From an uncultured Acidobacteriota bacterium (GTDB lineage Bacteria; Acidobacteriota; Thermoanaerobaculia; Multivoradales; JAHEKO01), in contig CAVQNG010000003.1 in NCBI GenBank assembly GCA_963713825.1, positions 553,794 through 617,793 on the forward strand: a stretch of DNA of 64,000 nt, written 5' to 3'. Shown piece after piece: positions 20,426 to 30,115 of this stretch. Under the pieces are notes generated by a model, which did no database searches, had not been told where the DNA came from, and saw only the letters and a list, made by a program, of their open reading frames with translations. Every line of letters begins with the position of its first letter. Positions within the stretch are counted from its first letter, which is position 1. Both the position numbers and the translations under genes were made by a program.

Positions 20426-22834
20426 TTACGATCTCCTCATGGTGACCACGGTGGCCCCATCCCCTCCCTCGTTACCGCGCCCAGGTCTGGATCCCGACAC
20501 CGCCGGGTGGTCCCGAAGCGACTCGCGCACCGCCCGTCGCAGTCGGCCAGAGCCAAAACCATGAACGACTCGGACCTCGCGATGAGGGCTCAGCAGCGCA
20601 CGATCCAGATAGCTGTCCAACTCATCGAGGGCCGGCTCCACACGCCACCCAATGAGGTTCAGCTCCTTGTCCAGCTCGGCCTCGTCTTCAGCCTCGCGTT
20701 GTAGTCGCACGGCCGGCTTCGAATCGGCGGGACTCACATCAGAGCTGCCGGCCGGCGCCAGATCCTCCAGCTCACAGCGAAATCGCTTGCCCCGCACCAG
20801 AACCTGGGCTCTAGTATCCCGAATCTCCTGCAGGGTTCCTACCCAACCGAGGCTCGAGTGCCTCACCTCGTCTCCGACTTCGATCGACCCTGCCGTGAAT
20901 TCTTCCGCCAGCTCGACCCTCGGCGCTGCTTGAAAAAGGCGCTCCACCGCGGCCTCCGGCACTCTCTTCTTTCTGCCGGCCTCGAGCTGCTGCCGCATGG
21001 TCTCGAACTCGGCCTGGAGCTGCCCTCTCACTTTGCGCCGAAAGGAATCCAACTCCTCCTTGAGCTTGGTGCCCAGCTGGCGGCGCTCGTCTTCGAGGGC
21101 CTCCCGCTGTTCCGACAAGGTCTCCAGCTCGTCCTCGAGAGCGAGTCTGGTGCGCTCCTGGAGAGTCTGTTCGTCCGCCAACTGCCGACGCACGACCTCG
21201 ACCTCTTGAAGGAGCCGCTGCAAGTTGCGGTGCTCTGGGCCCAGGAGCTCTTCGGCCCGTTCGAGGAGACTGTCGGGCAGCCCCAGCCTGCCGGCCAGGG
21301 CCAAGGCTTCGCTACTGCCTGGAGCGCCGGGACGCAAACGATAGGTCGGTCGCCCGGTCTCTGAATCGAACTCCATAGCGGCGCAGGAGGCACCTGGACG
21401 CTCCAATGCCATGGCGGCCAATTGCGACAGGTGCGTCGTCAAGACCGCCAGAGGCTCTTTCTCCAGAAGCTCCTCGACCAGAGCAACGGCAAGGGCGGCG
21501 CCCTCGTCCGGGTCGGTTCCCGAGCCCAACTCGTCGAGCAGGATCAGGCTGTCGGGGCCGGCCAACTCCCAGGCCTCTTTCAATCGCAGCAACCGACCAC
21601 TGAAGGTCGAGCGATCAGCCAGCAGGTCCTGCTCATCGCCAACCGTGGCCACGACAGAAGAGAAGAAAGGAAACCGGGTACCGCTGTCTGCGGGAACCGG
21701 CAATCCACACTGATGGGCCAAGGCCAGCAGCCCGACTGTCTTCAGAGCCACGGTCTTGCCGCCAGCGTTGGGACCGGTAATGACCAACAGGCGGCGCTGC
21801 TCGTCGAGCTCGACATCCAGTGGCACAACAGGCTCGACATGGCCCGATTGCCCCAGAGCCAACTGCCTCAGCTCCGCCAAGGCTGGGTCGAGAAGCGGAT
21901 GCCTGGCGCCGATCAGCCGCAGCGAGTGACCCTCGGAGATCTCGGCCAAACGGCCCGAGCACAGGTCGGCAAAACGATCCATGCTCTGCAGCAGATCGAG
22001 CTCAGCCACGAACTCTACCGTCGCCTCCAGATCGACCAGGGACTCCCGCACCTCCGCCAAGAGCTCGATGAAAATCCTGCGGCGTTCAGCCTCCTCTTCC
22101 TCCAGGGTCTCCTGCAAGCCGTTGTTGGCTTCCACGACACTCAGGGGCTCGAAGTAGAGGCTCTGACCGGTCCCTGATCGACCATGCACCAAGCCCTTGA
22201 TACGACCGCGGGATCCGGCGTGGAGCAAGAGCATCAGCCGTCCCTCTTTCAGGGAGACGGTCTTCTCACTCAAATGCTCCTCGTGCTGGGAGACGGTTTC
22301 CTGCAGATTCTTGTAGAGGTCGTCCCTGATGCGGCGTGACCGCCGACGCAGAGCCGACAATTCCGGGCTGGCATCGTCTCGCACTACGCCTCGCTGGTTC
22401 AGTGTTTTGCTGATCCTGCGGCGCAGTGGTTCGAGATCCGGCAGGCTCGCCCTCAAGTCCTCCAGGGCGGGGCACTCCGACGCGCTGACCGCGATCCGAT
22501 GCCGCGCCTCGTGCGTCATCTTGAGCACCTGGGCCAGTTGCACCAGTTCTCGCCCCGTGACGGCGGCATCACCCTGTTCCAGATTCTCCAGCAGTGGCAG
22601 GATCGGCTCATCCTGGCTCTGCACCAGTCTGCCGTCATGCAGCAGCACTGCCACCTCCGACAGTCGCTGTCGATGGCCTTCCAGCTCCACTGACGACTCG
22701 ACCGGGCGTAGGGCTTCGGCGCGAAGGCGGCCCACATCTGTGACCGCCAACTCTGCCACCAGAGATAGGAGAACGGGCAACTCGAGGGCCGACTCGGAGA
22801 CTGCGGAGGTCACCCGCAATGGGCTCATTTCCAT
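20426..22834 (-). CDS. mutS2: Endonuclease MutS2 (MutS domain plus C-terminal Smr)
   Basis: 802 aa with Walker A ITGPNAGGKTVALKTVGL, LLDELGSGTDPDEGAAL, a long coiled-coil and a C-terminal Smr (LNLIGWRVEPALDELDSYLD...VRVVHGFGSGRLR). Its TAA stop abuts the dnaG ATG. Confidence 0.9.
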   Translation of the reverse strand: MEMSPLRVTSAVSESALELPVLLSLVAELAVTDVGRLRAEALRPVESSVELEGHRQRLSEVAVLLHDGRLVQSQDEPILPLLENLEQGDAAVTGRELVQLAQVLKMTHEARHRIAVSASECPALEDLRASLPDLEPLRRRISKTLNQRGVVRDDASPELSALRRRSRRIRDDLYKNLQETVSQHEEHLSEKTVSLKEGRLMLLLHAGSRGRIKGLVHGRSGTGQSLYFEPLSVVEANNGLQETLEEEEAERRRIFIELLAEVRESLVDLEATVEFVAELDLLQSMDRFADLCSGRLAEISEGHSLRLIGARHPLLDPALAELRQLALGQSGHVEPVVPLDVELDEQRRLLVITGPNAGGKTVALKTVGLLALAHQCGLPVPADSGTRFPFFSSVVATVGDEQDLLADRSTFSGRLLRLKEAWELAGPDSLILLDELGSGTDPDEGAALAVALVEELLEKEPLAVLTTHLSQLAAMALERPGASCAAMEFDSETGRPTYRLRPGAPGSSEALALAGRLGLPDSLLERAEELLGPEHRNLQRLLQEVEVVRRQLADEQTLQERTRLALEDELETLSEQREALEDERRQLGTKLKEELDSFRRKVRGQLQAEFETMRQQLEAGRKKRVPEAAVERLFQAAPRVELAEEFTAGSIEVGDEVRHSSLGWVGTLQEIRDTRAQVLVRGKRFRCELEDLAPAGSSDVSPADSKPAVRLQREAEDEAELDKELNLIGWRVEPALDELDSYLDRALLSPHREVRVVHGFGSGRLRRAVRESLRDHPAVSGSRPGRGNEGGDGATVVTMRRS

Positions 22835-22861
22835 TCACCCAAGTCTACTATCGAGCTTTCT

Positions 22862-22900
22862 ACAAAAAGCAAAGAGAGCGGGGATCCCTCCCCGCTCTCT
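22862..22900 (-). terminator. Rho-independent terminator after rpsU
   Basis: On the minus strand, AGAGAGCGGGG-AGGGAT-CCCCGCTCTCT forms an 11-bp stem followed by TTGCTTTTTGT. It lies between the rpsU stop (22928) and the mutS2 start (22834). Confidence 0.8.
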
Positions 22901-22927
22901 GGATCTTGCGAAGTTCGAAGAGCTTGC

Positions 22928-23137
22928 TCAGCTCAAACCGAGCCGACGCTCTTCCGACAGTTTGCGCATCATCTTCTTGCGCGCCTGGACTTCCTTGCGC
23001 TTGCGCTTGACCGAGGGCTTTTCGAAGTGTTGCCTCTTCTTGAGCTCAGTGAGAATTCCCGACTTCTCACACTTGCGCTTGAAGCGGCGCAATGCACCCT
23101 CGAAACTCTCGTCCTCTCGCACTGTAACCAACGGCAC
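22928..23137 (-). CDS. rpsU: 30S ribosomal protein S21
   Basis: 69 aa, [47 protein letters not shown], closely resembling bacterial S21. GTG start after GGTGAGGTGA. Confidence 0.9.
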   Translation of the reverse strand: MPLVTVREDESFEGALRRFKRKCEKSGILTELKKRQHFEKPSVKRKRKEVQARKKMMRKLSEERRLGLS

Positions 23138-23282
23138 TATTCAATCACCTCACCTTCTCTGCGACTCAAATTCGGCGCGGCCGCCGCCGCGAGGCGGAAG
23201 TCTCGCTGATCCGGCAGTCCTTGTCAATCGACCCGGGTATTTCGTCTCTGCTGGCCCAGGGCCTCTTCAGGCCCGGAAGGCT

Positions 23283-24098
23283 CTACTCTTCGGCGGCCTG
23301 TCCCGGCTTAACCGCCTCGAACTTCACCTGATAGACCGTCATGACGCTGGTCTTCTTGTCAGGCTGAAACCAGACCGCTGCGGCCTCTCCCGTCTCGCTA
23401 GTCGGGTAGAACCAGGCAGTGACGCCCTTGTCTTCGTACTTCCGAACGTTGTGCAGGTTGGCCTGACCGAGCAGCTGACGAATGTCGGCTTCCGTCATTC
23501 CCTTCTTCACCTGCGAGAAGCGCTCCGCTGACATGTAGCGGTTGGTCTCTGCCTCTGCCAGGGCGGCCTGCAGATTGGCGTTGTCCGGATCGAACATCAG
23601 GGCGGTGTTGTAGATCTCGATCGCTCGCTTGTAGTCGCCACCCTTCACGATCCACTCTTGAGCGAGAACGATGTCCTCGTCACTCTTCATCGCCAGCAGC
23701 GCCAATTGCCTTTCGGACGGGGGCTCGCCTTCGATCATGGGATCGGCGTTCAGAAGGCCGACCAGCCGCCCTGTGTACTCTTCCGTCAGGGCCGCTACCT
23801 CGTCCTCCAACTCTGCCAGCCGAGCCACCGGATCTTCGACAGGCTCCATTGCCTCACCCTCGACCTCTTCCGCCGCTTCCTCTTCGGCCACTTCCTGCGT
23901 CGCCGCCAGGGCCACGGCCTCTTGCAGATCGGCAAGCTCCTGCCGCTTGGCGCTGAGCTCCTGCTGTGTCTCTTGCAACCAGGTCCATTCTGCCTCGTTT
24001 GCCAACTCCTGCTCTGAAGGACCGCCGCCGCCACAACCGGTGGCTACGAGTGCGAGCAGAACTGCGGCAATCAGCAGGCCGTTACGGGTCCCAAACAT
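23283..24098 (-). CDS. Lipoprotein with coiled-coil, TPR-like and BamE/SmpA-OmlA-like regions
   Basis: I take the start at MFGTRNGLLIAAVLLALVATGCGG (lipobox LVATGC), with AGGAGG upstream of the ATG at 24098. The C-terminal GMTEADIRQLLGQANLHNVRKYEDKGVTAWFY resembles the BamE fold signature. Confidence 0.6.
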   Translation of the reverse strand: MFGTRNGLLIAAVLLALVATGCGGGGPSEQELANEAEWTWLQETQQELSAKRQELADLQEAVALAATQEVAEEEAAEEVEGEAMEPVEDPVARLAELEDEVAALTEEYTGRLVGLLNADPMIEGEPPSERQLALLAMKSDEDIVLAQEWIVKGGDYKRAIEIYNTALMFDPDNANLQAALAEAETNRYMSAERFSQVKKGMTEADIRQLLGQANLHNVRKYEDKGVTAWFYPTSETGEAAAVWFQPDKKTSVMTVYQVKFEAVKPGQAAEE

Positions 24099-24341
24099 GA
24101 TCCGTCCTCCTATCGAGTGCACTCGAGTGCACGGAATTCGAAGGTACCACAGGCCCCTGGCTCCCACAAGCTCGAAACAGCCTGAAGCAAGCCACGCGAC
24201 CACTGCGTTACGACTATCCTAAACCTCTCATCCTCAAGGAGTTTGGTGGTGTGTTACCTTGACACCGCCAACACGGCCAAGCATACAATAGGCGTCTACG
24301 AAAAAACCGTTTTCGACTTCGAAATTTGCTGGAGGATCCGC

Positions 24342-26192
24342 ATGTCTTCGCAGGAGTCTTTTGACGAACTCGAGCCCAAGATCATGGGCCTCGTAGAAGA
24401 GGCTATCCGAGAGGTCAAAGAGGAGTACCTGCGGCGCCTGCAGGACACTCGAAACGTGATCGATGAACTCCTCGGCGAGGCGGAGGAGGCCATGGAAGCG
24501 GGCGCCGTAGCTGAGGCCGATATCGCCGCTGTCGTCGCACCCGAGCCGGTCGAGCTTCCGGAACCCCCGAAACACTACCTGCCCGACCTGCATACAGCGG
24601 TGACCAATCTGGACCGTTGTCGGACCCAGGACGAGATTCTCTCGAGCCTGGTGGCGAGCGCCGGTTCCTTTGCGTCCCGTGCCGCCCTGTTCCTGACTCG
24701 CGAAGACGGGCTCCAAGGTTGGAGCAGTCACGGTTTTGCAGCGGGAGACGAGGCTTTCGAGTCTCTCATCCTCGAATACGACGAAGGTTCCCCTTGGGGT
24801 CGCCTTTCCGAAGGACGCGGGGTCATCGAACTCGATGCTGACGAATGCACGGAGCTCTGTAGCCGCATCGACAACAGTAGTCCTGTCAATGGCGCCCTCG
24901 TTCCAATCGTTCTCAGAGATCACCTTGCAGTGGCTCTCTACGCCGACCAGGACGAAGAGGACGACACGATCGGTCTCTTTGCACTGCAGCTGCTGGCCTA
25001 TGTAGCAGCCCAGGCGCTGGAGACTCTGCCACTTCGCGAGCGTTCTTCCACCGCGACCCTTCGACTCGCGACTGAAGCGCCGTACGGAGAGCCTGTCCTC
25101 TCCCTGTGGCAGTTCGTCGCTCCGCAGGCGGACGTCTCGATCGTGGAAGAGATCGAGGCGGCAGCGGAACCTGCCATCGAGGAAGAGGCCGAAGATCTCT
25201 ATGCCGCAGAACCGGTCGAGGAGGTCGAGGAAGCCTACGAAGAAGAAGTCGCTGAGGTCGTCGATTTCGACGCAGTCGAGGACGAGGTCGAGGTGACCGA
25301 AGAGGCGCCTGAGGAGACCGCAGAAGCTGTCGCCTTCGAAGAGGTCGAGGAAGCTTACGAGGAAGACGTCGAGGAGGCCGTCGACTTCGAAGAAGCCGCG
25401 GTGGCCGCAGAAGCACCGGAGGTGACCGCAGAGGCTGTCGCCTTCGAAGAGGTCGAGGAAGCTTACGAGGAAGAGGTCGCTGAGGAGGAGGCGGAAGCGG
25501 CTGAAGCCACTGACCTCGAAGAGGCGGAGGAGGCAGAAGCCGAGACGGCCGAGGAAGCGCTCGAAGAAGCGGTGGCCGAAGACGAAGCGGAATTGGCAGA
25601 GGCTGTCGACCTCGAAGAGGCGGAGCAAGCCTACGAAGAAGAGGTCGCTCGAGACGAGGTGGAGATTGCTACCGAAGCCGACCTACAGCCTGCCGAGGAC
25701 ACCGGATTCGAAGTCGAGCCGGCGGCCGAGCAGGAATGGGACACGCCCGCAGAGCACGAAGAAGTGCCTGCCATGGAAACCGCCAGCGATGAGATCGAGG
25801 CGCCACCCATGGAACCTGAGGTCGCAACCGAACCAGCCCCGGCAGTCGCCATCGACGGGGCTGAGATCAGTCCTCCCGAAGACGCTCAGGGACCGGGCTG
25901 GGCCTTCACCACCAACCGATTCAGCGCTGACAATGCCGGTGAGGCTGTGCATGAGGAAGCACGTCGACTGGCCCGCCTGCTAGTGACCGAGATCAAGCTC
26001 TACAACGAAGAGCAGGTGGAAGCTGGAAGGCGCAATCGCAACATCTACGAGGTCCTTCGCGAAGACATCGACCGGTCGCGTCAGATCTATGAAGAGAGAA
26101 TCGACGACACCGTCCGCACTGAAGCCGACTACTTCCACGACGAGTTGGTGAGGATTCTCGCTGCCGGCGAGTCGGAAATCCTGGGCCTGTGA
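24342..26192 (+). CDS. GAF-like domain protein with hyperacidic repeat region and conserved basic/acidic C-terminal helix domain
   Basis: Start at ATG 24342, five nt after GGAGGA. The N-terminal part (ILSSLVASAGSFASRAALFLTREDGLQGWSSHGF) looks GAF-like. About 190 residues are almost pure E/A/V/D with internal repeats (AEAVAFEEVEEAYEE occurs twice). The C-terminus is EARRLARLLVTEIKLYNEEQVEAGRRNRNIYEVLREDIDRSRQIYEERI. Confidence 0.65.
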   Translation: MSSQESFDELEPKIMGLVEEAIREVKEEYLRRLQDTRNVIDELLGEAEEAMEAGAVAEADIAAVVAPEPVELPEPPKHYLPDLHTAVTNLDRCRTQDEILSSLVASAGSFASRAALFLTREDGLQGWSSHGFAAGDEAFESLILEYDEGSPWGRLSEGRGVIELDADECTELCSRIDNSSPVNGALVPIVLRDHLAVALYADQDEEDDTIGLFALQLLAYVAAQALETLPLRERSSTATLRLATEAPYGEPVLSLWQFVAPQADVSIVEEIEAAAEPAIEEEAEDLYAAEPVEEVEEAYEEEVAEVVDFDAVEDEVEVTEEAPEETAEAVAFEEVEEAYEEDVEEAVDFEEAAVAAEAPEVTAEAVAFEEVEEAYEEEVAEEEAEAAEATDLEEAEEAEAETAEEALEEAVAEDEAELAEAVDLEEAEQAYEEEVARDEVEIATEADLQPAEDTGFEVEPAAEQEWDTPAEHEEVPAMETASDEIEAPPMEPEVATEPAPAVAIDGAEISPPEDAQGPGWAFTTNRFSADNAGEAVHEEARRLARLLVTEIKLYNEEQVEAGRRNRNIYEVLREDIDRSRQIYEERIDDTVRTEADYFHDELVRILAAGESEILGL

Positions 26193-26289
26193 GGCGAGGG
26201 TCCGCCCCAGCAGCACGACCCTCGTCACTCTGCGCCTGTCTCGAACTTCACATTCTGCGCCCTGGGTGTAGGCGTACAATTCAGCTGAA

Positions 26290-28524
26290 GTGAAGCTCCG
26301 CGCTCAGCTGCGGTGGGTGCTTCTGCTCGCCGCCATCTCTGTTTCGGCCGCCCTGGTCCGGGAGTCCCCTCGCGCCTCCACCGGGACAATCAAGCCGACC
26401 CCTCCCAAGCGGCTGGAGCTTCGCATCGACCCCCTCTCTCCAGCTTATGAAGCAGCGGCGGAAGCGCATCGACAGCAAGACTTCAACGCTGCTAGTCAGA
26501 TCCTCTCGCCCCTCCTCGAGGGCCAATCTTCCACCAAGCTCGCCAGTCTCGTTCTCGGTTTCTATGCCTATACCAGCGATGAGATACAACTGGCGCGTCA
26601 GTACCTCGACACCGCCAGAGACCCTGATGGGATCTTCGAGGATTGGCGCCTTCTCGTCGTGGCGGACACGGCGCTGGCCAATGAAGACTGGTCTGTGGCG
26701 GATACGGCGCTCGAAACGCTACTGAGCCGGCATCCAGCCTCGCCCATCCGAGCTCACGCCGCCGTTCGGTGGGTCGAACTGGCTCGAGCGCAAGAGGAAT
26801 GGACAACCGCGCTCGAGCGCATCGAGCTTCTTCGTCGGCAAACCCTCCCTCCCAGCGCACTGCGAGAGATCGAGATCGCAGCCTGGGAGATCGGCGAGAC
26901 TGCCGGACAAACCAAGCTGCGTTCGAGCGCGGCGCGCCGACTTCTCGTCGCCTTTCCCATCGACGCCTCCAAGCTCGAAGTCATTGAAGTCTTCCGCTAT
27001 CCGAACGGCGACCTCCACTGGGAGGAGATCCTCTCCGACAACGAGCTCATGCAGCGGGCCAGGAACCTGCTGGCTGTCCGCTTGGAGGAGTCGGCGCTAG
27101 AGATGATCAACCAGGTCTCCGAGGAGGGTCGAACCGACGCCTGGACCCTGCTCCGAGCGGAAGCTCTCACCGCGAATCACCAGGGAGTCGAGGCGCTCTC
27201 CGCGCTCAAAGAGCTGAACCCGGCGGAGGCGGCATTCAAAGCCGAAGTCGCTTGGCAAAGGGCACTCGCCGCCCTGGATGGCGCCGCCGCCAGGCGCGGC
27301 AGAACCAACTTGCCCCAGTCGCAGCGGCAGCAGCTGCACAGTCTGGCTCTCGGCTACCTCGAGCTGGTCGTCGAGTTGGACCACGACCGCGACCAGGCCG
27401 TGGCGGCCCTCAACCGGATCTTCCGAGAGCTGGCGGATGAAGAAGAGAACTTCGACGAAACACTCCTGACCCTCCGGCGCCTGCGCCAGATGGTACCGAC
27501 CGACACCTCTGGTGCCAAGCATCTCTGGCAACTTGGTTGGAGAGACTTCGAAGACAGGAACTACAGCGGTGCCATCGGCCTGTGGGGCGAGCTTGCCGGC
27601 CTCTATCCGGAGAGCCGCTACTCTCGAAGCGGGCACTACTGGTCCGGCCGCTCCTATGAAGCTCTCGGGCAGGCTCAACGCGCCACCTCCATTTATCAGC
27701 AGATCACCGCTGCGGCCAGTACCGACTACTATCGGCAGCATGCTCTGGCCCGGCTGGAGAAGACCGGCTACGAGCCCGATCCAGCTCCTGCGCTGCCGAT
27801 CTCGGCCTGGCCCCAGGATCCGATCCTGGCCAGGGCCGGCTGGCTTCACGAACTCGGCCTCGACGACTTTGCACTCCTGGAGCTCGAAGGGCTGGAAGGC
27901 AAGGCCGAAAGACGAGCGCACTGTGGTCTCGAAGCCAAAGTCCTGGCTGGCCTGGGTCGCCGACGAGACAGCATCCAATCGCTCGCCTGCGCGTTTCCTG
28001 CCCTCGGTAAGTCCCACCAGTCGTCGGTACCCGAAGATGCTCTTCGGCTCTACTATCCGCTGGATTTCAGTGAGGTGATCACGCGGCGGGCACAAGAGCG
28101 GGATCTTGCTCCCCACCTGGTGTTCGCCATGATTCGACAGGAAAGCGCCTTCGACATGTCTGCCAGGAGCTGGGCGGGAGCCCGCGGTCTGATGCAAATG
28201 ATGCCGGCCACCGGCCGCGAGCTGGCTGGCCGCCTGGGCCTGAGTTACTCGAGTGACCGACTCTCCGACCCGGACTACAACATCCGCCTCGGGACCCTCT
28301 ACATCCGCCAGGTCCTGGATATGTTCGACGGCAACGTGGAGCTGGCACTGGCCGGATACAACGGCGGTCCATATCGCATCAAGCGCCTGTGGCGCCAGGC
28401 TGGCACCAACCCGGAGCTCGACCGCTTCGTGGAGGGTCTCTCACTCGAGGAAACCAAGACCTACGTCAAGCGAATCGTGCTGTTCAGCAACAGCTACCGA
28501 CATCTCTACCATCAGCCTGGTTGA
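26290..28524 (+). CDS. slt: Soluble lytic murein transglycosylase (Slt70-like)
   Basis: 744 aa with a signal peptide and a long superhelical alpha-repeat region. The C-terminal SLT domain has LVFAMIRQESAFDMSARSWAGARGLMQMMPATG and AGYNGGPYRI. Confidence 0.85.
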   Translation: MKLRAQLRWVLLLAAISVSAALVRESPRASTGTIKPTPPKRLELRIDPLSPAYEAAAEAHRQQDFNAASQILSPLLEGQSSTKLASLVLGFYAYTSDEIQLARQYLDTARDPDGIFEDWRLLVVADTALANEDWSVADTALETLLSRHPASPIRAHAAVRWVELARAQEEWTTALERIELLRRQTLPPSALREIEIAAWEIGETAGQTKLRSSAARRLLVAFPIDASKLEVIEVFRYPNGDLHWEEILSDNELMQRARNLLAVRLEESALEMINQVSEEGRTDAWTLLRAEALTANHQGVEALSALKELNPAEAAFKAEVAWQRALAALDGAAARRGRTNLPQSQRQQLHSLALGYLELVVELDHDRDQAVAALNRIFRELADEEENFDETLLTLRRLRQMVPTDTSGAKHLWQLGWRDFEDRNYSGAIGLWGELAGLYPESRYSRSGHYWSGRSYEALGQAQRATSIYQQITAAASTDYYRQHALARLEKTGYEPDPAPALPISAWPQDPILARAGWLHELGLDDFALLELEGLEGKAERRAHCGLEAKVLAGLGRRRDSIQSLACAFPALGKSHQSSVPEDALRLYYPLDFSEVITRRAQERDLAPHLVFAMIRQESAFDMSARSWAGARGLMQMMPATGRELAGRLGLSYSSDRLSDPDYNIRLGTLYIRQVLDMFDGNVELALAGYNGGPYRIKRLWRQAGTNPELDRFVEGLSLEETKTYVKRIVLFSNSYRHLYHQPG

Positions 28525-28629
28525 GCCCTCCGTTCAGGCGAGATTCTCGCCTCCACAGCCCCTCCTACGACTCGGTTCTAGCCCCGGCAGGAGTGCTATA
28601 CTTTTCCTCCCCAGCTTCTGGGGAAATGG

Positions 28630-28702
28630 GGGTCCATAGCTCAGCGGTTAGAGCATCCGGCTCATAACCGGCAGGTCCCTGGTTCGAATCCAGGTGGGCC
28701 CA
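28630..28702 (+). tRNA. tRNA with CAT anticodon (elongator Met or Ile2; not initiator-like)
   Basis: GGGTCCATAGCTCAGCGGTTAGAGCATCCGGCTCATAACCGGCAGGTCCCTGGTTCGAATCCAGGTGGGCCCA. It has a paired 1-72 position and no GGG/CCC anticodon stem, so it is not fMet-like. CCA is not encoded. Confidence 0.85.
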
Positions 28703-28811
28703 TGAAGTGTGGAAACCGAGGTTTCATTGCAGGGAGATCAACAGCTGACGCGGTGCCGTAGCGACCGCTTGCCCACCGCCAGACGATCTTCAATGCCATC
28801 AGGCATGCGCA

Positions 28812-28850
28812 GGGGGTGTCCTTCGGAGGGACACCCCTTTTCTTATCTTC
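28812..28850 (+). terminator. Rho-independent terminator about 110 nt downstream of tRNA-CAT
   Basis: GGGGTGTCC-TTCGGAG-GGACACCCC forms a 9-bp stem followed by TTTTCTTATCTT. Confidence 0.8.
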
Positions 28851-28931
28851 CACCCGAACGGCCCCGAAAGGTCTGCGCCGACTGGGCGGTGGAAGAGTCT
28901 CTTTTCGAATTCGTGGGGGAAACAAGGGTCC

Positions 28932-29666
28932 ATGGGTGACGAGCTCAAGATCATCGTCGAGCTGCAAGGTGCGATCGACGAACTGAAGGCGGCGGAAGAC
29001 CTCCTCGCCGGCATCCCGGACTGGATGCAGGAGTTGCACGAGGAGCACAGTCGGCAGCAGGCCGAAATGGACGGACTCCGGGCTGCACTGGAGGAGGCCG
29101 AGCAGGCCAAACGGCTAGCCGACACAGAGATCAGTGACCTGCAGACCAAGGTCAAGCATTTCCAAGAGCAGATCGGCATGGTCCGTAACCAGCGTGAGTA
29201 CGGTGCCCTGCTGCAGGAAATCGACACTGCCAAGGAACAGATCAGCGGCACTGAGGAGCGGGACCTGGCGGCTATGGAGCAGGGCGACGAAGCCCAACGG
29301 TTGCTGGACGAGCGCAAAGACGCATTTCAGGAGCTCGATGATCGCTACCAGCAGGAGCTCCAGAAATGGGAGGGGCAAAAGCCCGAGGTGGCCCGCAGAG
29401 CGGAAGAGCTCCGCCAGCAAGTGGCAGAGCTCGAGGGGAAGGTGCCGAAGGCAATCCTCGCCGTCTTCGAGCGCACTCGCCTGCGCTTTGGCGGCAACGC
29501 GATGGCCCTGGTCATGGAAGTGGAACGTAAGGGACCCCGCATCTGGCACTGCGGCGCCTGCAACTACCGTGTCCGCCCCCAGACCGTCGTCTCGATCCAG
29601 GCTGAGAACATCGAGACCTGTGACAGCTGCAGACGCATTCTCCACATCGAAGGTGATGTCGGTTGA
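28932..29666 (+). CDS. COG1579-type coiled-coil protein with C-terminal C4 zinc ribbon
   Basis: 244 aa. Long coiled coil with VRNQREYGALLQEIDTAKEQ and a C-terminal CGACNYRV...CDSCRRILH. Confidence 0.75.
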   Translation: MGDELKIIVELQGAIDELKAAEDLLAGIPDWMQELHEEHSRQQAEMDGLRAALEEAEQAKRLADTEISDLQTKVKHFQEQIGMVRNQREYGALLQEIDTAKEQISGTEERDLAAMEQGDEAQRLLDERKDAFQELDDRYQQELQKWEGQKPEVARRAEELRQQVAELEGKVPKAILAVFERTRLRFGGNAMALVMEVERKGPRIWHCGACNYRVRPQTVVSIQAENIETCDSCRRILHIEGDVG

Positions 29667-30115
29667 CCTCTCCTGCAACGCCGAGTGGCCGTGCCTGGAT
29701 CGATGGCGCGTCCCGGGGGAATCCTGGCGACGCCGGATTCGGAGTCTTCCTCGAGACGGATCGAACGCCTGAGGAGATCGTTGGATATCTAGGCAAAGCC
29801 ACGAACAATGTGGCCGAGTATGCGGCGCTGATCGCCGTCCTCACACTGGCCGCTGATCGGGGGATGAAGAAGCTCGTCGTCTACAGCGATAGCCAACTTC
29901 TCGTGCGGCAGGTCAGCGGTGCCTATCGAGTCAAGGCACCTCACCTGGTGCCCATTTTTCTGCAGGCGCTGAAGCTTCGACAGACGATCCCCGATTTCAC
30001 CATCGAGCACGTGGCCCGCGAAGAAAACAAAGAGGCCGACCGCTTGGCCAATCAGGCGATCGATCAGCGAGCCGAGCTGCCTTCCTGGTTGGAGTTTGAA
30101 GTTCCGATCCAATGA
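29663..30115 (+). CDS. rnhA: Ribonuclease HI family protein
   Basis: AWIDGASRGNPGDAGFGV, NNVAEYAALIAVL, VVYSDSQLLVRQ and EENKEADRLAN supply the DEDD-type RNase H residues. The TTG start overlaps the upstream stop (TTGA). Confidence 0.8.
   Translation: MTSPATPSGRAWIDGASRGNPGDAGFGVFLETDRTPEEIVGYLGKATNNVAEYAALIAVLTLAADRGMKKLVVYSDSQLLVRQVSGAYRVKAPHLVPIFLQALKLRQTIPDFTIEHVAREENKEADRLANQAIDQRAELPSWLEFEVPIQ

Noticed and set aside
24234-25628. 464-aa minus-strand ORF
   Set aside because: It is antisense to the hyperacidic protein gene. It is generated by complementing GAA/GAG-rich codons (a repetitive LFEV/FLD pattern). It has no RBS and no recognisable domain.
28525-28931. Integrated element or prophage next to the tRNA genes (also checked around 16766-16840)
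   Set aside because: There is no integrase, no direct repeat of a tRNA 3' end and no phage-like genes. The flanking genes are housekeeping genes.
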